Below, one piece after another: positions 18,027 to 26,444 of a stretch of 64,000 nucleotides of DNA. The stretch is from Verrucomicrobiota bacterium (GTDB lineage Bacteria; Verrucomicrobiota; Verrucomicrobiia; Limisphaerales; UBA11358): the NCBI GenBank assembly GCA_049516255.1, contig JBEKTH010000011.1, forward strand, positions 10,348 through 74,347, written 5' to 3'. Each line of letters begins with the position of its first letter. Positions within the stretch are counted from its first letter, which is position 1. A program made the translations under genes and the position numbers. A model generated the notes under the pieces. That model did not search any database, was not told the origin of the DNA, and was given only the letters and a program-made list of their open reading frames with translations.

Positions 18027-19214
18027 TCAGGGTTTTGCTGGTGCTGTTTCCAATCTATGTGCATCTGTGTTTATCTGTGGCTGGATGATTTTCGGTACAA
18101 GCAGTGGCTTGACCTTCTCGGCAATGATGGCCTCGCACCGCGCGATTTCGTCCTGGCGCTGCTTCAGATAATCGTCGGCGATGGCCTGCAAATCATCGAT
18201 GTTATAAAGATAGACGTTCTCCAGAAAATTCACCGCCGGATCGATGTCGCGCGGCACCGCGATATCAATGAGCAATAAGGGGCGTTGCTTGCGCGCCTTC
18301 ATCAGCGGTTCGAGTTTCGCGCGGTCCAGAATGTGATGCGGCGCCGAGGTGCTGCTGATGACGATGTCGACCTTCTCAAACTCCGTTGCCCAATCGTCAA
18401 AGGGCACGGCGCGCCCGCCGAATTCCCCGGCCAGGACTTGCGCGCGCTCGAACGAACGGCCGGCAATGATGATGCTACGTGCGCCGCGCGAGAGCAGGGC
18501 GCGGGCGGTTTTCTCGCTCATCTCGCCGGCGCCAATGACGAGCACATCGCGGTTGTTGAGCGAGTTGAAAATCTTCTCCGCGAGTTCGACCGCGGCGGAC
18601 GCCACGGAAACGCTGCCGCGCTGGATGCTGGTGTGCGTGCGGACGTGTTTGGCCACGTGAAAAGCGCGTTGGAACGCCTTGTTCAACCGCGCGCCGGTAT
18701 GGCCATGCTGCTGCGCGAGCGCGTAAGCCTCTTTGAGCTGGCCCAGGATTTCCGTTTCACCGAGCACCATCGAGTCCAGTCCGCACGCCACCTTGAACAG
18801 GTGCTGCAGGCTCTGCGGCTCGGCCAGCGTGTAAAGTTCATCACCAGACAACTGGACTCCCTCGCCCCGCCCAAGCGGGGAGAGGGAAGGGGCAAGGGGA
18901 TTTGAATTTGAGAAAACGGCCTCCTCTCCCCGGCCCGCTCCTCGTTGAGGAGAGGGAGAATGTTCCAGTAATTGGGAGTTTCCACTCCACTGGATCAGGA
19001 ATTTTTTCAGTTCCTCAAACGCCACCGCCGGTCCCTGGGCCGCGGCGGCGTAGATTTCCACGCGATTGCACGTGGAAAGGATGACGGCTTCGGCGATACC
19101 CGATTCACGGAGCGATTTGAGCGCGGCGGGGATTTTCGTTTCGGCAAAGGTGAACCGTTCCCGCAGTTCCACGGGCGACGAATGATGGCTCAAACCGATG
19201 ACGACGACGTTCAT
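18027..19214 (-). CDS. hemA: Glutamyl-tRNA reductase
   Basis: MNVVVIGLSHHSSPVELRE...STCNRVEIY...GLDSMVLGETEILGQLK...VIGAGEM motifs. The start is set at the ATG at 19214. It contains an in-frame repeat insertion and a repeat-encoded C-terminal tail. Confidence 0.9.
   Translation of the reverse strand: MNVVVIGLSHHSSPVELRERFTFAETKIPAALKSLRESGIAEAVILSTCNRVEIYAAAAQGPAVAFEELKKFLIQWSGNSQLLEHSPSPQRGAGRGEEAVFSNSNPLAPSLSPLGRGEGVQLSGDELYTLAEPQSLQHLFKVACGLDSMVLGETEILGQLKEAYALAQQHGHTGARLNKAFQRAFHVAKHVRTHTSIQRGSVSVASAAVELAEKIFNSLNNRDVLVIGAGEMSEKTARALLSRGARSIIIAGRSFERAQVLAGEFGGRAVPFDDWATEFEKVDIVISSTSAPHHILDRAKLEPLMKARKQRPLLLIDIAVPRDIDPAVNFLENVYLYNIDDLQAIADDYLKQRQDEIARCEAIIAEKVKPLLVPKIIQPQINTDAHRLETAPAKP
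18050..18085. repeat. ATCTGTG-type tandem repeat (period 10), copy C
   Basis: atctatgtgc atctgtgttt atctgtggct. It lies inside the last codons of the hemA ORF and is inverted relative to copy B, 37 nt away. Confidence 0.8.
18857..18960. repeat. Two GC-rich palindromic (REP-like) units inside the hemA coding sequence
   Basis: Unit 1 is ctccctcgccccgc-ccaa-gcggggagaggga. Unit 2 is ctcctctcc...ggagagggag. In the hemA frame they encode SPSPQRGAGRGEE...SLSPLGRGEGV. Confidence 0.75.
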
Positions 19215-19218
19215 TGCA

Positions 19219-19303
19219 GGCAGGTGACGGGTGACAAGTGGCAGGTGACAAGACAAGGCAGGCTATCCAGCCCGCGCCACTTTTCACTTGTCACTTGCCA
19301 CAT
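19219..19303. repeat. Tandem-heptad inverted repeat (unit GGTGACA)
   Basis: Left arm caggtga cgggtga caagtgg caggtga caag. Right arm ccacttttcacttgtcacttgccac, with 10 of 11 complementary (gtgacaagtgg). It lies between the hemX-like gene and hemA. Confidence 0.8.
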
Positions 19304-19308
19304 TGTTT

Positions 19309-20130
19309 TCATGGATGATGCAGTGGTGAGAGGAGGTTCGTGCCCCAAAAGGTCAGGAGCAGGAAGACAAACGCAGCGATGACGCCGTAGGCGAATCGGC
19401 GGCTGGATTGGGCAAAACCCAGGCGCGATACCAGCAGCGCCAGATAAACCAGCCACATGAAGGCGGACCAGATCACTTTCGGGTCCGACCAGTAACCCGC
19501 GTCCGCGGCGCGGGGCAGGTAACGGCCGGCTTCGAGGCCGATGGTAAAAAGAACGAAGCCGGCCAGCACGAGACGGCCGGTGACGATTTCGAGCCGTTGA
19601 ATCGGCGGCAGCAAAGACAGCACGGCGCGAAGTTTGTGGAATTTTAAATCATGTTGTTCGGTCAGGAACATGCCCGCGGCCGCCGCGCCCAGGCCGAATG
19701 CGCCGTACGCCAGCAGAATGGTCGCCGCGTGCAGACTGGTCAGCGCGCCGGTGAATTGCGGTGCCGGACCATGCGGCGGATCCAGTTCCGGCATCAACGC
19801 AAACACGCCGATGGCGAACAACACCGGTGATGCAAACGCGCCGAGGAATCGCAGCTTGGGCAGCAGGCCGATGACAAGATAGGCGGCGGCGGCGCTCCAG
19901 GCAATGAACACGGTGGCTTCGAACAGATTGTTGACCGGGCAATGGTTGACGGAGAAGCCGCGCCGGACCATTGCCACCGTATGCAGCACAAATGCCGTGA
20001 GCAGCAAAAGGTAATTCACGTGGTCGTCCTTGCGAAAACCTTTTCGCCACAAGAAAACCGAATACACCGTGCTTAAACCGTAAACGGCAACGGCGAGCAG
20101 AAAGAAATGACGGTCAGTGAACCAAGCCAC
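19309..20130 (-). CDS. CcsA/HemX-like cytochrome c assembly family membrane protein
   Basis: 273 aa and polytopic. It sits upstream of hemA, as hemX does in hemAXC-type operons. GTG start. Confidence 0.75.
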   Translation of the reverse strand: MAWFTDRHFFLLAVAVYGLSTVYSVFLWRKGFRKDDHVNYLLLLTAFVLHTVAMVRRGFSVNHCPVNNLFEATVFIAWSAAAAYLVIGLLPKLRFLGAFASPVLFAIGVFALMPELDPPHGPAPQFTGALTSLHAATILLAYGAFGLGAAAAGMFLTEQHDLKFHKLRAVLSLLPPIQRLEIVTGRLVLAGFVLFTIGLEAGRYLPRAADAGYWSDPKVIWSAFMWLVYLALLVSRLGFAQSSRRFAYGVIAAFVFLLLTFWGTNLLSPLHHP

Positions 20131-20214
20131 GATGACAGGTTAAACGTGGAATCGAACGCTGCAAGCGGCAATTCTATCGCCGGCATCAGGGTCGCCTGGT
20201 TTCAGGTTCTCTGC

Positions 20215-20679
20215 TCATAACCCCAGGCGAAAGGGGACCATTCGGGAACGAACAAAACCGGACTGCTGATAAAAACGCATCGCCGGCTTATTAGTGGCGT
20301 CGGTCAACAACGTGATGCGGCGGCATCCGGCGGCCCGTGCTCCACGGATGGCCTCCCGCAACAACCGCCGGCCAATCTGTTGACCGCGCCGGGTCGGGTG
20401 GACGACCATGTCTTCCAGCCACGCCGCGCGACCGCCCTCGGCCGTGCTCACGGTGAAAAGAATGCTTACCATGCCGATAATGGTCTTTCCTTCGGTTGCA
20501 CAATAAACGCGCCCCACCTCCGGTTGTTCGAGAAGGAGTCGAAGCCCGCGCGCCTGTTTCCGGGCACTCGGTTTGAAGTCAGCCTCCTGCGTGAACAGAA
20601 TGGCCAATAGCTCGCAAAGCTGAGGGATGTCGTTTGCGGTCGCCAGCCTTACGGAAATCTTGTCAGCTATTTTCGGCAT
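20215..20679 (-). CDS. GNAT family N-acetyltransferase
   Basis: 154 aa. The acetyl-CoA motif region is V..RRGQQIGRRLL...A...G. Confidence 0.85.
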   Translation of the reverse strand: MPKIADKISVRLATANDIPQLCELLAILFTQEADFKPSARKQARGLRLLLEQPEVGRVYCATEGKTIIGMVSILFTVSTAEGGRAAWLEDMVVHPTRRGQQIGRRLLREAIRGARAAGCRRITLLTDATNKPAMRFYQQSGFVRSRMVPFRLGL

Positions 20680-20727
20680 AATGTGTAGTGCGGCCTGATA
20701 GTAAAAGCTGAGCTGGGCTGAGCCTGG

Positions 20728-22170
20728 ATGTCAACCGTGAAGCAAAGGAAGCCGGGCGGATGCGATTCTCAATGCAATCTTGCCAAGCGCGTTGGTGTTT
20801 TGTCTAATCCGTCCGTGCTCAATCAGCAGACGCTCAACCGTCCCGCCAGTTTTTCCGGCATCGGCCTGCACAGCGGCAACCGGGTGAACATGACCATTCT
20901 GCCCGCGCCGGCGAACAGCGGCGTGCGATTCCGCCGCGTGGATCTGGAAGGCAAACCGGAAATTGAGGCCCGCGTGGAAAACGTGGGCGAGACCACCCGC
21001 TCGACCACGCTGGCCCGGGGCAACGTGAAAATCCACACCGTCGAGCACGTGCTGGCGGCGCTTGCCGGCTACGGCATTGACAACGCCATCATTGAACTGG
21101 ATTCCAACGAGCCGCCGATTGCCGACGGCAGTTCGCGCGAGTTCTGCAAAATCATCCAGGCCGCCGGCATCGTGCCGCAGGCGGAAAAGCGCGAGACGTA
21201 TTTGCCGACCGAGCCGATTGAACTGGAATCCGGCGAGACGGTGATGACGTTGTTTCCCGATGACGGTTTCAAGATCACCTGCACGAGCGCGGACAAGAGC
21301 GGCCGGTTCACGCAGTTTTACAGCACGGAAGTCACGCCCAAAACCTGGGAACGGGAACTGTCCCACGCGCGGACGTTTTGCTTTTACGAGGAGATCGAGC
21401 ATCTCATCAAAAACAATCTGATCAAGGGCGGCAGCCTGGAAAACGCGGTGGTCATCCGCGACGACGCGGTGCTGACGACCGAGCCGCTGCGGTATCCCGA
21501 GGAATTTGTGCGGCACAAGATGCTCGATATCGTGGGCGATCTCTCGTTGCTGGGACGCCCGGTGCGCGGGCATTTGATTGCCGTCCGGCCAAGCCACGCC
21601 GCGAATTGCGAGATGGTCCGCCTGATTTCCGCGCAGATGAACCGGCCATTGCGCGCGGCCCAGGCTTTTGGCCCACCGCCCGTTCCCGCCAAGGCGGACG
21701 GCGGAAGAACCGCCGCCCTGACCGAACTGATAAATGCCGGAACCGGATTGGACGCGATGCAGGTGATGCAAATCATTCCGCATCGCTACCCATTTTTGAT
21801 GGTGGATCGCGTGGTGAAAATTGACGGCAACAAAATCACGGCGATAAAAAACATCACGAACAACGAGCCGTATTTTCAAGGGCACTTTCCCGGACACCCC
21901 ATCATGCCGGGCGTGTTGCAGTTGGAAGCCATGGCGCAGGTCGCGGGCATTCTGATGTTGCGGCAGGCGGAGAACGCGGGGCAAATCGCCTACTTCATGT
22001 CCGCCGAGGAAGTGAAATGGCGCAAGCCCGTTCTGCCGGGGGATGTGCTGATCATCGAGGTCGAACTGGTCCGGTCGCGCGGAAAAATCGGCAAGGCCCA
22101 GGGCGTCTGCAAGGTCGGTGAGGAAATTGTAAGTGAAGCGGAAGTCACCTTCATGTTGCGCGACGCCTAA
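20728..22170 (+). CDS. lpxC/fabZ: Bifunctional UDP-3-O-acyl-GlcNAc deacetylase / 3-hydroxyacyl-ACP dehydratase
   Basis: 480 aa. The LpxC part has GIGLHSG, TVEHVLAAL and HKMLDIVGDL. The FabZ part has IPHRYPFLMVDRV and FQGHFPGHPIMPGVL. The exact start is uncertain. Confidence 0.93.
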   Translation: MSTVKQRKPGGCDSQCNLAKRVGVLSNPSVLNQQTLNRPASFSGIGLHSGNRVNMTILPAPANSGVRFRRVDLEGKPEIEARVENVGETTRSTTLARGNVKIHTVEHVLAALAGYGIDNAIIELDSNEPPIADGSSREFCKIIQAAGIVPQAEKRETYLPTEPIELESGETVMTLFPDDGFKITCTSADKSGRFTQFYSTEVTPKTWERELSHARTFCFYEEIEHLIKNNLIKGGSLENAVVIRDDAVLTTEPLRYPEEFVRHKMLDIVGDLSLLGRPVRGHLIAVRPSHAANCEMVRLISAQMNRPLRAAQAFGPPPVPAKADGGRTAALTELINAGTGLDAMQVMQIIPHRYPFLMVDRVVKIDGNKITAIKNITNNEPYFQGHFPGHPIMPGVLQLEAMAQVAGILMLRQAENAGQIAYFMSAEEVKWRKPVLPGDVLIIEVELVRSRGKIGKAQGVCKVGEEIVSEAEVTFMLRDA

Positions 22171-22332
22171 TGATTTGCGATTTGGGATATACGATTTACG
22201 CGCCCTCAAACAAATCGAAATCCCAACCCTTATGAATCACGAAGAAATGAAGGCTCGGAAACAAGAACCGCGCGCATCTCGCGCAGCGCGTAAATCGTGA
22301 ATCGTAAATCGTAAATCGTAAATTGTAAATCC
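22171..22332. repeat. Tandem-heptad inverted repeat (unit ATTTACG / CGTAAAT), largest copy
   Basis: Left arm gatttgc gatttgg gatatac gatttac gcg. The right arm is 6 heptads: cgtaaat cgtgaat cgtaaat cgtaaat cgtaaat tgtaaat. There is a 12-nt perfect complement and a spacer of about 86 nt with a GC-rich palindrome. It fills the lpxC/fabZ-lpxA gap. Confidence 0.85.
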
Positions 22333-22334
22333 TC

Positions 22335-23102
22335 ATGGTTCATCCAACTGCCATCATCCATCCCCGGGCGCGGATCGGCGCCGGTTGTGACATCGGTCCC
22401 TACTGCGTCATCGGCGAACACGTCGTGCTGGGCGACCGATGCAGGCTCCATTCCCACGTGGTCGTTGACGGTCATACCCGGATGGGCCGGGAGAACGAAA
22501 TTTTCCCCTTTGCCAGCATTGGGTTGAAGACGCAGGATTTGAAATGGAAGGGCGGGGTTACCCGCGTGGAAATCGGAAGTCACAATACCTTCCGTGAATA
22601 CGTCACGATCCACAGCGCGACCGGCGACGGCGAGGTGACGCGTGTCGGTTCGCACAATCACACTCTGGCTTATTGCCATATCGCGCACAATTGCCTGCTG
22701 GGCGATCATATCATCATGTCCAACGTGGCGACGCTGGCAGGGCACGTGACGGTGGAGGATTACGCGGTGATTGGCGGGCTGGCGGCCATCCATCAGTTTT
22801 GCCGGATTGGCAAAATGGCGATGATTGGTGGTTGCTCGAAGGTGGTGCAGGACGTGCCACCGTTCATGATGGCCGACGGCAATCCGGCGGAGACGCGCAC
22901 CATCAATAAAATTGGCATGGAACGGAACGGAGTTTCCGAAAAGGCCCAGGGCGCATTGCGCCAGGCCTACAAGATATTGTTCCGGGAGGGCCTGACCGTT
23001 CGCAACGCCGTGGTAAAGGTGGAGAAAAAGCTGCCGGGAATGGAGGAAATCGGCCATTTGGTTCAATTTGTACGGTCCAGCGAGCGGGGAATCAGCAAAT
23101 AA
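22335..23102 (+). CDS. lpxA: Acyl-ACP--UDP-N-acetylglucosamine O-acyltransferase
   Basis: 255 aa. MVHPTAIIHPRARIG start and hexapeptide repeats throughout. Confidence 0.95.
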   Translation: MVHPTAIIHPRARIGAGCDIGPYCVIGEHVVLGDRCRLHSHVVVDGHTRMGRENEIFPFASIGLKTQDLKWKGGVTRVEIGSHNTFREYVTIHSATGDGEVTRVGSHNHTLAYCHIAHNCLLGDHIIMSNVATLAGHVTVEDYAVIGGLAAIHQFCRIGKMAMIGGCSKVVQDVPPFMMADGNPAETRTINKIGMERNGVSEKAQGALRQAYKILFREGLTVRNAVVKVEKKLPGMEEIGHLVQFVRSSERGISK

Positions 23103-23121
23103 AATTAAGTTAAAAAACCTG

Positions 23122-23149
23122 TTGACAGGGCGGGTGGAATTGCTAGTTT
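23122..23149 (+). promoter_or_regulatory. Candidate sigma70 promoter for the tRNA-Thr/tuf unit
   Basis: TTGACA, 16 nt, TAGTTT, preceded by an A/T-rich UP-like stretch aaaattaagttaaaaaa. Confidence 0.35.
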
Positions 23150-23273
23150 GCAGGGCGTCAGGGCCGTAAAAAGTTAAAGAGCCGGTTGCCCCTCGGATTT
23201 TCGAAAGAAAAGAAGTGAGGGGAAGCGGTTTTTTGTCTTTTGACGTATCTGGTCGGACTAATGATTTCAGTGT

Positions 23274-23349
23274 GCCCATGTAGCTCAGTTGGTAGAGCAC
23301 ATCCTTGGTAAGGATGAGGTCATCAGTTCGATCCTGATCATGGGCTCCA
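23274..23349 (+). tRNA. tRNA-Thr (anticodon GGT), CCA encoded
   Basis: Acceptor gcccatg/catgggc, anticodon stem-loop catcc-ttggtaa-ggatg, T-arm agttcgatcct. Confidence 0.9.
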
Positions 23350-23397
23350 GACAAATTTGTTGATAAAAAATAACGAAACCAACGCAGGAGAAATAAA

Positions 23398-24588
23398 ATG
23401 GCTAAAGAGCAATTTCAACGAACGAAACCGCACGTCAATGTCGGAACCATCGGACACATTGACCACGGCAAATCCACTTTAACCGCTGCGCTTGTCGAGG
23501 TTCAGTCGAAGAAAGGTCTGGCGACGCCCATTTCCTACGCCGACATCACCAAGGGCGGCACGGTGCGCGACGAAACCAAAACGGTGACCATTGCGGTTTC
23601 GCACGTCGAGTATCAGAGCGACAAGCGGCACTATGCCCACATTGACTGCCCCGGCCATGCCGACTTCATCAAGAACATGATTACTGGCGCGGCGCAGATG
23701 GATGGGGCCATTCTCGTGGTGGATGCCTCGGAAGGCCCGATGCCACAAACCAAGGAACACGTGCTCCTGGCCCGCCAGGTCGGCGTGCCCGCCATTGTGG
23801 TTTTCCTGAACAAGGTTGATCTCGTGGACGACAAGGAACTGCTCGACCTCGTCGAAATGGAAGTCCGCGACCTGTTGACCAAGTATGAATTTCCGGGAGA
23901 CAAGACGCCCGTCATTCGCGGCAGCGCGAAAAAGGCACTCGCGCATGATCCTGAAGGCGCGAAATGCATTCAGGAATTGCTGGAAGCGATTGACGCGTTC
24001 ATTCCGCTCCCGGCGCGCGAAGTGGACAAGCCGTTCCTGATGTGCATCGAAGACGTGTTCAACATTGAAGGCCGTGGCACGGTGGTGACCGGCCGGGTGG
24101 AGCGCGGTGTTCTCGATCGTATGTCCGAAGTTGAAATCGTCGGCCTGCGGGACACCGCCAAGACCGTGGCCACCGACATCGAAATGTTCCGCAAGTTGCT
24201 CGACAAGGCGACGGCAGGCGACAACGTCGGAGTTCTTCTGCGCGGCACTAAAAAGGAAGATGTGGAACGCGGCATGGTATTGGCCAAGCCCGGGTCGATC
24301 ACGCCGCACACAAAGTTCAAGGCGGAGGTTTACGTGCTGTCGAAGGATGAGGGTGGTCGTCACACGCCGTTCTTCACCAATTACCGGCCGCAGTTCTATT
24401 TCCGCACCAGCGATGTCACCGGCACCTTGACGCTGCCGGCGAACGTCGAGATGGTGATGCCCGGCGACAACGTTTCGGTGGAAGTGGTCCTGCAAAAGCC
24501 GGTGGCCATGGAAAAGGGCCAGCGATTCGCGATTCGCGAAGGCGGTCGCACCATAGGCGCCGGCCGGATCAGCGAAGTGGTCGCCTAA
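23398..24588 (+). CDS. tuf: Elongation factor Tu
   Basis: 396 aa. [17 protein letters not shown] and NKVD motifs. Confidence 0.98.
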   Translation: MAKEQFQRTKPHVNVGTIGHIDHGKSTLTAALVEVQSKKGLATPISYADITKGGTVRDETKTVTIAVSHVEYQSDKRHYAHIDCPGHADFIKNMITGAAQMDGAILVVDASEGPMPQTKEHVLLARQVGVPAIVVFLNKVDLVDDKELLDLVEMEVRDLLTKYEFPGDKTPVIRGSAKKALAHDPEGAKCIQELLEAIDAFIPLPAREVDKPFLMCIEDVFNIEGRGTVVTGRVERGVLDRMSEVEIVGLRDTAKTVATDIEMFRKLLDKATAGDNVGVLLRGTKKEDVERGMVLAKPGSITPHTKFKAEVYVLSKDEGGRHTPFFTNYRPQFYFRTSDVTGTLTLPANVEMVMPGDNVSVEVVLQKPVAMEKGQRFAIREGGRTIGAGRISEVVA

Positions 24589-24608
24589 AGCGGTTTCAAA
24601 TTCGGGAA

Positions 24609-24640
24609 CGCGGGACCATGAACCCCGCGCCTCCTTTTTT
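24609..24640 (+). terminator. Possible terminator after tuf
   Basis: cgcggg-accatgaac-cccgcg followed by cctcctttttt. Confidence 0.45.
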
Positions 24641-24668
24641 GTCTGAAAAACAAACGAGATTGGGTGAT

Positions 24669-24744
24669 ACGGCAGTAGCTCAATTGGTAGAGTAGCGGTC
24701 TCCAAAACCGTTGGTTGGGGGTTCAAGTCCCTCCTGCCGTGCCA
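24669..24744 (+). tRNA. tRNA-Trp (anticodon CCA), CCA end encoded
   Basis: Acceptor acggcag/ctgccgt, anticodon loop ctccaaa, T-arm ggttcaagtcc. It is in the usual position between tuf and secE. Confidence 0.88.
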
Positions 24745-24750
24745 GCCGGA

Positions 24751-24846
24751 GAGGATGGGTGGGTGGATGAATGGATTGCTGGATAAATTGGTTTGGTGGA
24801 TTGGATGAGGGCATTCATCCCGTAATCCATCAATCCACAAATCCAG
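24751..24846. repeat. TGGATT-type tandem inverted repeat (period about 8)
   Basis: The left arm has irregular ggatg/tggatt units. The right arm has aatccaNN four times at 8-nt spacing. The central hairpin is ggatga-gggcat-tcatcc. It lies between tRNA-Trp and tRNA-Ser. Confidence 0.7.
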
Positions 24847-24855
24847 TCTGTCATT

Positions 24856-24945
24856 GGAGAGGTGGCAGAGTGGTCTATCGCGGCGGTCTTGAAAACCGCT
24901 TTGGGTGAAAGCCCAACGGGGGTTCGAATCCCTCCCTCTCCGCCA
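24856..24945 (+). tRNA. tRNA-Ser (anticodon TGA), long variable arm, CCA encoded
   Basis: Acceptor ggagagg/cctctcc, anticodon stem-loop gcggt-cttgaaa-accgc, extra arm tttgggtgaaagcccaa, T-arm ggttcgaatcc. Confidence 0.88.
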
Positions 24946-24955
24946 GAACTGGAAA

Positions 24956-25043
24956 GATTATGATTAAGAAGAAGATTGCGATTAAGAAACCGGACGTCGA
25001 AGAACTCCTTTGTTTTTAATCTTAAAAGTACTCTTAATCTCAC
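24956..25043. repeat. GATTAAG-type tandem inverted repeat (period about 6)
   Basis: Left arm gattatgattaagaagaagattgcgattaagaaa. The right arm has two taatct units. It lies upstream of secE. Confidence 0.65.
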
Positions 25044-25050
25044 ATTTAAC

Positions 25051-25305
25051 GTGAACAGTTGGACTAAAATTTTGATCTGGGCGGCGGCGGTGGGTGCGGT
25101 CTTTGCCTATTTATGGTGGCAGGGACAAATCCGGCGTTTGGCCGACTATTGCGGGGAGACATTGGAAGAATTAAAAAAATGCTCGTGGCCAACGTGGGAT
25201 GAATTAAAAGGCTCAACGATGGTAATTGCCATTTGCATTGGCCTGCTCGGCGGTTTTGTTTACGCCGTGGACCAGATCTTTTTCGCAATTTTCTTTAAAC
25301 TCTGA
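25051..25305 (+). CDS. secE: Preprotein translocase subunit SecE
   Basis: 84 aa from an in-frame GTG. It has the ELKKCSWPTWDEL motif and one C-terminal TM helix. The ORF-track extension from 24976 is encoded by the repeat. Confidence 0.8.
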   Translation: MNSWTKILIWAAAVGAVFAYLWWQGQIRRLADYCGETLEELKKCSWPTWDELKGSTMVIAICIGLLGGFVYAVDQIFFAIFFKL

Positions 25306-25310
25306 GCAAC

Positions 25311-25859
25311 ATGCGCAGCCAGTGGTTTGTCATACATACGCTTTCGGGCCAGGAGCAGAAGGTCAAGGAAAGCATTGAAAAGCGCGTCAAGACCGACGAG
25401 ATGCAGGACTTTGTCAAAGAGGTCCTGGTGCCGATGGAAAAGGTCGTTGAAGTGCGCAATCAGAAGAAGACCGTGTCGAGCCGCAAGCTCTGGCCGGGCT
25501 ACGTGTTTGTGGACATGGTGTTGCTGGATGAAAACAACCGCATCATCGAGGAACCGTGGTATTTCATCAAGGAAACGCAGGGAGTGATTGGTTTTGTGGG
25601 TGGCGAGCCGCCGACGCCAACGCCGGCCGAGGAAGTCGAGTCCATCAAGGCCCAGATTTCGGCGTCGGAGGAGACGGAGAAGCCCAAGGTCAATTTTGAA
25701 GTCGGCGAGACGATTAAAATCAACAACGGGCCGTTCCTGAATTTCAGCGGGATCATCGAGGAAATTGATCCGGAACGCGGCAAGTTGAAGGTGACCGTGA
25801 ACATTTTTGGACGCAACACGCCGGTGGAACTCGAATACTGGCAGGTGGAAAAGGCATAG
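25311..25859 (+). CDS. nusG: Transcription termination/antitermination factor NusG
   Basis: 182 aa. [17 protein letters not shown] domain and a KOW region ([11 protein letters not shown]). Confidence 0.95.
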   Translation: MRSQWFVIHTLSGQEQKVKESIEKRVKTDEMQDFVKEVLVPMEKVVEVRNQKKTVSSRKLWPGYVFVDMVLLDENNRIIEEPWYFIKETQGVIGFVGGEPPTPTPAEEVESIKAQISASEETEKPKVNFEVGETIKINNGPFLNFSGIIEEIDPERGKLKVTVNIFGRNTPVELEYWQVEKA

Positions 25860-25866
25860 ACGCTTT

Positions 25867-26292
25867 ATGGCAAAGAAAGTCACAGGACAGATTAAATTGC
25901 AGATTCCGGCAGGGCAGGCGAATCCCGCGCCCCCGGTGGGGCCGGCGCTGGGCCAGCACGGCGTCAACATCATGGGCTTCTGCAAGGAATTTAATGCGGC
26001 GACCAAGGCCGACGCGGGTTTGGTGATTCCCGTTGTCATCACGGTTTATCAGGACAAGTCGTTCACGTTCATCACCAAATCGCCGCCGGCGTCGATCCTG
26101 TTGAAAAAGGCGGCGGGCATCACGGCCGGTTCCAAAACGCCGAACAAGGACAAGGTCGGCAAGGTGACGCGCAAACAGGTTTTGGACATCGTCAAGATGA
26201 AGTCAAAGGATTTGAACGCGAATTCGCCCGAGGCGGCGTTCCGGGTCGTTGCCGGCACGGCGCGCAGCATGGGTATTGAAGTCGTCGAATAA
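25867..26292 (+). CDS. rplK: 50S ribosomal protein L11
   Basis: [36 protein letters not shown]. Confidence 0.97.
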   Translation: MAKKVTGQIKLQIPAGQANPAPPVGPALGQHGVNIMGFCKEFNAATKADAGLVIPVVITVYQDKSFTFITKSPPASILLKKAAGITAGSKTPNKDKVGKVTRKQVLDIVKMKSKDLNANSPEAAFRVVAGTARSMGIEVVE

Positions 26293-26303
26293 TTTAACCA
26301 CCC

Positions 26304-26388
26304 GATTGAGATGAAAATTAAGATGATGAAGCCGTCGGTGAATTCGACAGATTGCATTCCTGATCTTAATATCCAACTTAATCCAAAC
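26304..26388. repeat. GATTAAG-type tandem inverted repeat
   Basis: Left arm gattgagatgaaaattaagatgatgaag. Right arm ctgatcttaatatccaacttaatcc, with 9 of 10 complementary (attaagatga). It lies between rplK and rplA. Confidence 0.65.
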
Positions 26389-26444
26389 TAGAAACCGCGG
26401 GAGAGTTCCGCAGTGCGGAACTCGGTTGCACCGCAACCAGACAA

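Noticed and set aside
22288-22332. Possible CRISPR array, because of regularly repeated short units (cgtaaat x6 and similar arrays elsewhere).
   Set aside because: The units are 6-11 nt and directly abutting, with no unique spacers. A complementary arm lies nearby and no cas genes are present. These are tandem-repeat hairpins, not CRISPR.
22230-23354. A 374-aa ORF on the minus strand spanning the heptad repeat, all of lpxA in antisense, and tRNA-Thr.
   Set aside because: Its N-terminus is the antisense translation of a tRNA gene and its C-terminus is translated heptad repeat (FTIYDLRFTIY). The middle is antisense to lpxA. It is not a gene.
24723-25050. ORFs across the tRNA-Trp/tRNA-Ser region (24723-25043 minus strand) and the N-terminal extension of SecE from 24976.
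   Set aside because: They are composed of translated tRNA antisense sequence and repeat arms. SecE homology begins only near the in-frame GTG at 25051.
26403-26439. Two small hairpins (gagttccgc-agtg-cggaactc and ggttgc-acc-gcaacc) just upstream of rplA, considered as an L1-binding autoregulatory leader.
   Set aside because: This is plausible by position, but I cannot match them to the L1 rRNA/mRNA binding motif from memory. It is left unclaimed.
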